Both the position numbers and the translations under genes were made by a program. Below the pieces are notes generated by a model. The model saw only the letters and a list, made by a program, of their open reading frames with translations, made no database searches and was not told the DNA's origin. Shown piece after piece: positions 54,477-62,224 of a stretch of DNA of 64,000 nt; within the stretch, counting starts at the first letter, position 1, and each line of letters begins with the position of its first letter. The stretch comes from an uncultured Methanoregulaceae archaeon (GTDB lineage Archaea > Halobacteriota > Methanomicrobia > Methanomicrobiales > Methanospirillaceae), in contig CAWJAX010000002.1 in the NCBI GenBank assembly GCA_963841015.1, forward strand, positions 448,001 through 512,000, read 5' to 3'.

Positions 54477-55094
54477 ATGGAACCGATCAAGTTGTATTCG
54501 TTACCAAAACTACCCTATGAGTATACAGCCCTGGCGCCGTATATCTCGGAAGAACAGCTGAAACTGCACCACCTGAAACATCACCAGGGATATGTTACGG
54601 GTGCAAACACAGTTCTTGAAAAACTGGACAAGGCCAGAAAGGACAACGCGGACCTTGATTTAAAGGCTACCCTTAAGGAACTATCATTCCATGTAGGGGG
54701 TTTCAGACTCCACAATCTCTTCTGGGAGAATCTTGCACCCGCGGGAAAGGGGGGCGGCGGAGCTCCGAAAGGTAGAATTGCAAAAGCAATCGATGACGAA
54801 TTTGGGAAGTTTGAGAGGTTTAAAAAGGAGTTTACCCAGACTGCGACCAGTGTTGAGGGTTCAGGATGGGCTATAGTGACCTACTGCGAAAAAACCCAGC
54901 GGCCACTCATCATGCAGGCTGAGAAACACAATGTTAACATTATCCCTGGTTATGTCATTCTCCTTGTTCTCGATGTATGGGAGCATGCATACTATCTGGA
55001 TTACAAGAATGACCGGGTAAAATTTGTCGAGTCATTCTGGAATATCGTAAACTGGGACACGGTAAACAAGCGGTTTGACCTGCTGAAGAAATAA
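54477..55094 (+). CDS. sod: Fe/Mn superoxide dismutase
   Basis: [24 protein letters not shown]. Confidence 0.97.
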   Translation: MEPIKLYSLPKLPYEYTALAPYISEEQLKLHHLKHHQGYVTGANTVLEKLDKARKDNADLDLKATLKELSFHVGGFRLHNLFWENLAPAGKGGGGAPKGRIAKAIDDEFGKFERFKKEFTQTATSVEGSGWAIVTYCEKTQRPLIMQAEKHNVNIIPGYVILLVLDVWEHAYYLDYKNDRVKFVESFWNIVNWDTVNKRFDLLKK

Positions 55095-55199
55095 GTGTAA
55101 TCCCGTAAAAAGAAGGCCGGGAAAAAGACAGAACTGGTTGCTTTTTCCCGGGCAGACTAATGAGACATTCTATACCGATGATAGAAAAAGAGGAAAACG

Positions 55200-55562
55200 A
55201 TGCCAGAATTTGTCAACCCATTCAGTGGAAAACTGCCGGAACATCAATTAACGTCTGAAGAGCTTATCAGGGCAATCCGGCTGGACCTTGCTGCGGAGCA
55301 CGAAGCCGTACACGCATATATGGCTCATGCCGGTGCGACTGATAATCCTGTTGCAAGGGCAGTACTCATCGATATTGCCAATGAGGAGCGGGTCCATGCC
55401 GGGGAATTTGCCCGGCTTTTGGCTATCCTCACTGGTGATGAGGATGAGTTTTTAAAAAAAGGGACTCTTGAAGTGAATGCGATCGTAGAAAAAACTGCCA
55501 GGTCCGTCCAGGTACCAGGAGAACAGGATATACCTACGGTAGGATCGTTGAAATCAGGATAA
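55200..55562 (+). CDS. Ferritin-like encapsulin cargo protein
   Basis: AEHEAVHAY...IANEERVH ferroxidase-like residues; C-terminal targeting peptide PTVGSLK. Confidence 0.9.
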   Translation: MPEFVNPFSGKLPEHQLTSEELIRAIRLDLAAEHEAVHAYMAHAGATDNPVARAVLIDIANEERVHAGEFARLLAILTGDEDEFLKKGTLEVNAIVEKTARSVQVPGEQDIPTVGSLKSG

Positions 55563-55569
55563 AAGGTGG

Positions 55570-56365
55570 ATGAAAATGGAAAATGTGTATCTCGGGCGCA
55601 AAGAGGCTCCTGTAGGAGCTGATACATGGCAGCTGCTTGACAGCATCATGATTGAAGCAGCAAAAAGCCAGCTTGCCGGCCGAAGGCTGATTACTCTGGA
55701 AGGGCCATTTGGTTACGGATTAAAAGTATTACCCCTCAGTGACTGCGAGCTGGAAGAAGGAATTTCGACCAGCAGTTTTGTTCCTGTTCATGCAATAAAA
55801 TCCGGATTCAGTCTTGGAAAACGTGACCTTGCAGCATTTGAAAATGAGAAACTTACTTTTGACGGGGGTCCTGTTGCGTGTGCGGCAATGGATTGTGCTG
55901 CAAAAGAAGACGGGATAATTTTCCAGGGAATTTCCGGATCTCCGGGATTATTGAACATTGAAGGGGCCAGCACCCAGACTCTGACAAAATGGGATAAGGT
56001 CGGGGCAGCAGCAGATCAAATCATCGAAGCGGTCACAAAGCTTGACGATGCAGGGTTGCATGGAGGCTATTGCATGGCTCTTGCCCCTTCCCTGTACAAC
56101 CTTCTGTTACGCCGGTATCCCCAGGGAGATGGTACTGAGCTTGACCATATTCGGTACTATCGTATCGGAAGGTGTTGTCAAAGCCCCGGTCCTGAAAAAG
56201 GGCGGCGTCCTTCTCGCTTCAGGTCGCCAGTTCTGTTCGATTTGTATCGGGCAGGATATGGCTGTTGGTTATACTGGTCCGGCAGGGGACAGTCTGGAAT
56301 TCTATGTGGTGGAGAGTCTGGCACTCCTCATCCGTGTGCCGGAAGCAATCTGTGTTCTCAGATAA
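55570..56365 (+). CDS. Family 1 encapsulin shell protein (linocin M18-like; frameshift at 56153-56154)
   Basis: YLGRKEAP....W, GRRL..LEGPFG, F.L..RDL, KED.IIF.G; C-terminus IGQDMAVGY.....LEFYVVES.......PEAICVL in the shifted frame. Confidence 0.9.
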
Positions 56366-56410
56366 TGGTGAGAAGACCAGCGGGAGAACTCAGGTAAATG
56401 AGGTGAAAAA

Positions 56411-56749
56411 ATGCAGAAAGAAATACCAGAGATCCTGAAAAAATTCGAACAGGACTATGAAGTCTATGTCAGTGCACAGGACGCACAGACATTCTGGGTA
56501 GTTGATGCACGGATACCAAAAAAACAGGAAAGTCATCACCGTGGCAGAAAATATGTTTCAGGACCGAATGAAGACGGGAATGTTATCATTTTTCCGGACC
56601 ATGAACGTTCGGATGCATACCTGACGGAAAACTGGGGAACCATGAAAAGTTTCAGGGATTTTGTTGACAAGTCACTCGATGCTATCCTGAGGGACAAGGA
56701 GGACATTGAACAGAATCTGCAGGAGGGATGCGGGACTACCTGTGATTAA
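56411..56749 (+). CDS. Hypothetical protein with C-terminal CxxxC
   Basis: Strong GAGGTGA SD; 112 aa ending GCGTTCD. Confidence 0.75.
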   Translation: MQKEIPEILKKFEQDYEVYVSAQDAQTFWVVDARIPKKQESHHRGRKYVSGPNEDGNVIIFPDHERSDAYLTENWGTMKSFRDFVDKSLDAILRDKEDIEQNLQEGCGTTCD

Positions 56750-56768
56750 AAGTGCCTGTCCCATTGTT

Positions 56769-57014
56769 ATGAATGCAGCCAAACTCCCCCGATCTTCAAA
56801 AAAAGTGATGAAGATCCTCTATTCAGGTTGTGCCATGACCCAGAAAGACCTGGTGAAAAAAACGAGCCTTCATCCGCGCACTGTGCGGTATGCACTGAAA
56901 AAACTCAAAGAACAGGAACTTCTTATCGAGAAGTTAAAAATGGATGATTTACGCCAGATTATCTACCAGATCCGGTTAACCGGGATCCAGAATACCGCGC
57001 TGGCAAACACCTGA
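56769..57014 (+). CDS. Small archaeal winged-HTH (MarR/TrmB-like) regulator
   Basis: LP.SSK.V..IL.....MTQKDL...T.L.PRTVRYALKKL......D.RQ..Y. Confidence 0.85.
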   Translation: MNAAKLPRSSKKVMKILYSGCAMTQKDLVKKTSLHPRTVRYALKKLKEQELLIEKLKMDDLRQIIYQIRLTGIQNTALANT

Positions 57015-57074
57015 ATGATTCTTATTTTACAGATTTTTTAATCCATGTATGAAATAAAAAAAGAATGAATCATT

Positions 57075-57175
57075 TACGGGAAGGATAGTTCTATCCCTCC
57101 CAGACAGCGCCTTCTCTGGCAATGATGTCTTACATTTTGGGGAGTAATCGCGTTGGGGGAGAGCCAGCGTAGTGT
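57075..57175 (-). repeat. Degenerate module B copy of the intergenic repeat
   Basis: Aligns with about 4895-5000 (hairpin, CTGGCAATGATG, ATCGC..GGG..); stem GGATA/TATCC replaces GGACA/TGTCC. Confidence 0.65.
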
Positions 57176-57224
57176 GCGGTGTACGTCCCTGGATGTTCTG
57201 TTTTAAAAAAATTTCTTGAGAGTT

Positions 57225-57510
57225 TTTTTAGGGTAATGTACCAATCTAGCCCCTAATTTTTTTTATTCTTACAACGACAAAAAATAAAATTATGTGACTA
57301 AAACTGGAATGAAAAAAAGTTACTATGATTTTCAACATTCTTTTTCGTGTTGATGGCTCCTGTATTCGGGTCTATCGCGATATGGGGGTCAGCACAGCGG
57401 CGGGGGTGGAGACTTTTGCCAAAGCCCCCGGGAGCGTGATAACTATCGATTGGAGTATTATTTTAAAGAAGATTTTATGAAAAATTTTGGGGCTAAAATA
57501 ACACTTTTCG
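57225..57510 (-). repeat. Short-subfamily repeat copy bracketed by inverted TAGCCCC(T/A)AA(A/T)TTTT motifs
   Basis: Core at 57373-57406; 57225-57262 matches 9842-9880; inverted motif at 57481-57495. Confidence 0.7.
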
Positions 57511-57540
57511 AATTTTTAAAACGAGGAGTCTTTGGGTCAA

Positions 57541-59019
57541 TTACACATGGGGGATTTCTGTGAAATCAGAGATTTCTGAGTTTGTCGTGCAGATGTTCCT
57601 TATGCTCAGGGCATGGACATCGTTGTTACCCGTCAGCCGTGCAAAATCCCTGAGTTCTTCAGTGGACACGCTCAGAAACTGCTCAAGCCGTTTTGCAGAA
57701 ATAGCCGGCTCAAGACGCTTACGCAGTTCAGGCTTCTGGGTAGTCACCCCAACCGGGCAATTTCCCGTGTTGCACAGACGGTACTGCTGGCAGGCACATG
57801 CCATCAGTGCTGCAGTACCAATGGCAATTGCATCTGCACCAAGACAAAGCGCCTTGGCAAAATCCGAAGAGACCCGCAAACCGCCGGTGATCACCAGGGA
57901 TATACCCTTACCATTGTTCCGGTCAAGGTATTTTCTCGCGCGGTACAAGGCAAAAATGGTAGGAATCGATGTTGAATCCTTGATAAATTTCAGGGAAGCG
58001 CCGGTCGCACCCGGCCGGCCATCAATCGTTATGAAATCAGGTTCAGCAGAGAGAACCTCAGCGAGATCCGCTTCAATGTCCCCTGCTGCAATCTTGACAC
58101 CAATTGGTTTTCCTCCCGACGTTTCACGCAGCCACCGCACCTTCTTTTTCAGGTCTTCCCTGTTTCTGATATCGTCATACGCTGCAGGGCTGATGATGTC
58201 AGTCCCCTGAGGATATCCCCGGATTTCTGCGATTTCAGCGGTAACCTTTTCTGCAGGGAGACGGGCACCCATACCCGGCTCAGCTGACTGCCCGATTTTT
58301 ATCTCAATTGCATCTGCAGATTTGAGGTTCTCGTCCGTGATGCTGTAGCGGTTGGGGACATATTCAAGGATGTACCGGTAAGCCTGTCGGCGGGCTTCCG
58401 GCAAAATTCCCCCTTCCCCGGATCCCATGGCAGTCTGTACTGCTGCAGTTCCCTGTGCAATCGCAATTTTCACTTCTTTTGAAAGTGCCCCAAACGACAT
58501 ATGGGTGACAAAAACGGGGGTTTCAAGTATCATCGGATGCAGTGCCTTGGGTCCAATCACCGTGCGGGTATTAATATACGTCTCTTTGTTCAAGGGGAGT
58601 GTGGCAATCTGTGCACCCTTAATCAGAATGTCATCCCATGAGATAACGGGTTTTTTTGTCCGCATCGGTTCAATAATGGATTTACCGGTGACAGCCATCG
58701 TATGGATATCTGCCATGTAAACCTCGAGATCATCAGATTGGCGCTCCCACGCGGAAAGATAACCGGGCAGAACGGAAGAACCCCCTGGAGGCCGTGCATG
58801 AGTGACCTGTGCACCGCATAAGGGGCAGGTATTTGTGTGGTTTGCGGATGTAGAGGAAGGAACCGGTCTGAGGTGGGTCTTGTCTGAAGTACAGACCGGG
58901 CATGCCCAGTCCGCAGGGAACTCACCCGGCTCTGTCCCGGGCACGATGCGGGTGAGAGGGTCTCCCCGCTGGGATTCGTACTCAAATACCTTACAGATAT
59001 CGCAGCGATAGAGGGTCAT
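57541..59019 (-). CDS. Rubredoxin-fused FMN-binding glutamate-synthase-family (GltB2-like) protein
   Basis: CDIC...WACPVC; MSFGALS, GEGG, EIKIGQ.A.PG.G, GGLR; CQQYRLCNTGNCPVGVTTQ 3Fe-4S motif. Confidence 0.92.
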   Translation of the reverse strand: MTLYRCDICKVFEYESQRGDPLTRIVPGTEPGEFPADWACPVCTSDKTHLRPVPSSTSANHTNTCPLCGAQVTHARPPGGSSVLPGYLSAWERQSDDLEVYMADIHTMAVTGKSIIEPMRTKKPVISWDDILIKGAQIATLPLNKETYINTRTVIGPKALHPMILETPVFVTHMSFGALSKEVKIAIAQGTAAVQTAMGSGEGGILPEARRQAYRYILEYVPNRYSITDENLKSADAIEIKIGQSAEPGMGARLPAEKVTAEIAEIRGYPQGTDIISPAAYDDIRNREDLKKKVRWLRETSGGKPIGVKIAAGDIEADLAEVLSAEPDFITIDGRPGATGASLKFIKDSTSIPTIFALYRARKYLDRNNGKGISLVITGGLRVSSDFAKALCLGADAIAIGTAALMACACQQYRLCNTGNCPVGVTTQKPELRKRLEPAISAKRLEQFLSVSTEELRDFARLTGNNDVHALSIRNICTTNSEISDFTEIPHV

Positions 59020-59183
59020 GCAGGATTACCTTTGTTCTCATGTCCGTTTTGGGATACCATAAGGATATTCCGGACCTCTCTAAATAAAAGGTAATCCGCG
59101 ATAAACGGTCAGATTATGAGAAATTACCAAAAAATATGGCAGGACTTTTCATTCTGCCTCCCTGGTAAAAATTGGTTTTTTGA

Positions 59184-59382
59184 GAATTCTATTCTCCAGA
59201 CTATTGAACCATAAAGCACGAGTAAGACGACGGAAGGGACCGTGCCTGTCCCCCTGCACCGCCCCTTCACTAATCGTGATGATAACGTATAACCTGTTCA
59301 GGATCCTCGCATTTTGGGGGGGATCCGCAGTGGCGGGGGTGAAACCCCATGAGCGCATCTGAGCTTGATATTGAGCATTTCT
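59184..59382 (-). repeat. Intergenic repeat, module B copy
   Basis: Aligns with about 4852-5042 (GGGGTGAAACCCC, TGAGCG, TTGAGCATTT). Confidence 0.85.
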
Positions 59383-59403
59383 TCAGAACCTAAAAAATTC
59401 CCT

Positions 59404-60021
59404 TTACTCCACATTGGTAATCCTTGCACGCATCTGACCGATCTCTTCCTTTTTTTCCTCTATCAGTGCAGAAATAACAGCATCAGAAAAAATCAGAGCC
59501 AGAGTTTCGAACAAGGTACCCAGCGGTGCAAACGCTGAATTGACCGAACGGTATTCCCCGGTCAGCTGCCGGATTTCAAACGATTTTTTATCCTTCCGGT
59601 AATACCCGGTAAGGTCCCCAAGATTTACCAGACAATCTGCAATTTTACTGATTTTTGAGTCAGGTGATGATGTAATGATACAGACTTTTCCTCCCAGTTC
59701 TTTTGCTGTTTCAGCGATCGAGACCATCGAATGTGTCTCCCCTGATCCGGAAAACACCACCAGCGTATCTCCCGATCGAAATGCCGGTGTAATAGTCTCC
59801 CCGACAACGTAAACATCCAGCCCGAGATGCAGCAGCCGCAGTCCAAATGCCTTGGCTATAAACCCTGATCGCCCGGCACCGGCAACATAGATTCTTCTGG
59901 CAGAAAGCATTTCCTGAAAAAATGCATTCATCTGGTTCTGGTCAAGCATACCGGCTGCTTTCGTTATAGTCGCAGCCATCTGCTCCATAAATACCGGAAT
60001 CTGGAGAACTTCATCATCCAT
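59404..60021 (-). CDS. hxlB: 6-phospho-3-hexuloisomerase (SIS domain)
   Basis: IYVAGAGRSG, VVGETITP, SGSGET, APLGTLFE; start ATG 60021. Confidence 0.92.
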   Translation of the reverse strand: MDDEVLQIPVFMEQMAATITKAAGMLDQNQMNAFFQEMLSARRIYVAGAGRSGFIAKAFGLRLLHLGLDVYVVGETITPAFRSGDTLVVFSGSGETHSMVSIAETAKELGGKVCIITSSPDSKISKIADCLVNLGDLTGYYRKDKKSFEIRQLTGEYRSVNSAFAPLGTLFETLALIFSDAVISALIEEKKEEIGQMRARITNVE

Positions 60022-60199
60022 GTATGCATCTTCCTTTTTGCATTGCAGGATATCAGCATATCGGTTCCTGAATGGGACCTCGTAGTGGATTAACAAAAAT
60101 GCTGCCTCTGGAGAAACGGAAACGAATACATTCACCGCACCGGAAAAAAACGTATTCTCTGCAAAAGGACCCCTCCCCCTGGTCTTCTTTTTAGGCGCA

Positions 60200-60549
60200 G
60201 CGGGCAGGGATTTTTTTGTCACCGATCCGCCGCGGGGATGCCCTGTTTTGGGGCGGCAGCAGTTATCGTACCTGATGGAGAACGTGGTGATAATTCTGTA
60301 TCAGAGCAGAAAACTGCGATTTTCATTGAAAATGGTAAAAAACCGTGAATGCTCACGGGAGTGTTTCCTTACCGCTTTGGACCCCCACATGCGATCACTC
60401 TCAAGAAGGTAATACAGCACTATCGTATTGCGCAGGGACGGTCCGGGGGAATCCTCTGTCAACGTGCGATAATGTGTATTTCATATCCTCGTATAATATG
60501 TTCCATCAAACCTTATTTTATATAATTAAAAAGGAAATCTCCAGAGCCA
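60200..60549 (+). repeat. Degenerate A+B copy of the intergenic repeat
   Basis: GATCCGCCGCGGGG...GGGGCGGC, TTTTCAT.G.AAATG, CCCCCACATGCGAT, ending CCAGAGCC. Confidence 0.75.
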
Positions 60550-60558
60550 GCCAAAATC

Positions 60559-61212
60559 CTATTTTTTATTCTCCTGTGGAAGGGAATTCCTGAACCTGAT
60601 AAGCTCGTCACAGAACTCTCCCAGGTATTCCTCCATGGAAAGGCTGCCTTCTTCAAAAATGCAATCACCCTCTTCGATTATTTTATTGATTAAATCCCGC
60701 GTCGGAAGCAGGAGATCGATTGGAACCCCGGCCTGTTTTGATCCCCGGACAAGAGCCTCCCGGAAGAGACCGAGACAATACCCTATACGGTAATGGTACA
60801 CATTTCGGGTCTTATCCAGGTACGCTGCAACACGTTCTGTTTCAATACGGAGAAAATCCTCAAGGACCTGGGGGTCTTTGCATTTACCGAGCATGTACTG
60901 GTAGTGGGCATAGGGATACATTTCTTCCAGTTCGGCAGGGACAATGCCGCAGGTGCCGAAAATGACAATATGATAGCGTGAATGGTCCAGGACCTGTGAG
61001 ATTATCGTCCTGATGAGCTGGTGGCTGGGACTTTTACTGTAGGGTTTGCGGACTGCACAGGGCATGAAAATGGCAATATCCCGGGGGGGTACCTGATATT
61101 CTTCAATGATATACCGGTGAGACTTTTCAAACTCCGGAAGATAAAACGGGGGTCCGGTCAGGTGCGGTCCCTGCCCCCCATCTGCATGTTCACGGTCTTT
61201 TTGATCTCCCAT
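60559..61212 (-). CDS. DUF5591 / archaeosine-synthase-related domain protein
   Basis: FMPCAVRKPYSKSPSH, GIVPAELE.MYP..HY. Confidence 0.8.
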   Translation of the reverse strand: MGDQKDREHADGGQGPHLTGPPFYLPEFEKSHRYIIEEYQVPPRDIAIFMPCAVRKPYSKSPSHQLIRTIISQVLDHSRYHIVIFGTCGIVPAELEEMYPYAHYQYMLGKCKDPQVLEDFLRIETERVAAYLDKTRNVYHYRIGYCLGLFREALVRGSKQAGVPIDLLLPTRDLINKIIEEGDCIFEEGSLSMEEYLGEFCDELIRFRNSLPQENKK

Positions 61213-61355
61213 GGCTCTTCCATACCGGATTGTTCCGTCAATAAATGAATGAATCGCCCCGGGACTTCATCAGGGAAAGGTGGTCGGACTGCCCTTTGAG
61301 TTATTTTCGGCTCAGAATTACTTAATTACCCTCAGGATACCCATATTGTATCCGG

Positions 61356-62223
61356 ATGGCACGTCTTGCGGTAATAGGAGTCGGCAGGATCGGCGGGGAG
61401 GTCGCCTACCTTGCGGCATCGCTGGGAATCGTGGACGAACTGGTGCTGTATGATTGTGCTCCTGACCTGCTCCGGGCACAGGTGCTGGATCTTGAGCACA
61501 CCGGGCTCCAGATACCCATCAGTACCGATACAGCTGCAGTAAGGGAAGCAGATATCTGCATTTTTTCGGCTGGCATTCCTCGGAATCCCTCGGTAAAAAC
61601 ACGTGCCGATCTGCTCGAAGCCAACCTGTCAGCCACCCGTGACGGCATCGCACTGCTCAAAGGATTTTCCGGCATTCTTGTGACCGTGACCAATCCCATG
61701 GATGCAAACAACTTCGTGCTCTGTAAAAAGAGCGGTATTGCCCGGGAGCGGTGCATCGGCTTTGGCGGGCAGGCTTGACAGCGCCCGGTTCGGTCTTGCA
61801 CTCAGGAACAGGGGGATTACGGGATTTCCCTTTATCCTGGGAGAGCATGGTGAACACCAGGTCCCGCTCTTTTCGAGCCTTGCGTCCCGGGTAGAAAACG
61901 GCCAGCGGGAAGAGATCCTTGCAGAACTGCGAGGAGCGAGTATGGAAATAATCAAGGGTAAGGGGGGGACGGTCTTTGGTCCGGCACTTCACCTGGTCAA
62001 CCTTACCCGCATCATTCTCAAGGATGCCCGTGAACTGATCTGCTGTTCAGCAGTGCTTGAAGGAGAGTATGGATTATCGGGGTGTTCCCTTGGGATTCCT
62101 GCCCGTGTCGGTCGTGACGGAATCCGGAAAATTGAGGTGTGGGATCTTGATGAGTGGGAGACGACAAAGATGAACGAAGCAGGAGAGTTTGTTCAAAGCC
62201 TTTGTGTGCGGGCGGTGTCCTGA
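61356..62223 (+). CDS. Malate/lactate dehydrogenase family protein (frameshift at 61772-61773)
   Basis: IGVGRIG, AG.PR....TR.DL...N, VTNPMD, then LDSARF, LGEHG, II.GKGGT.FGPA in the next frame. Confidence 0.9.
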
Positions 62224-62224
62224 T

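Noticed and set aside
56140-56397. Programmed frameshift producing two encapsulin C-termini
   Set aside because: No slippery heptamer; looks like the many other single-base indels in the window.
59081-59125. Box-like sequence upstream of the rubredoxin-GltB gene
   Set aside because: Partial match and TATA spacing is off by about 4 nt.
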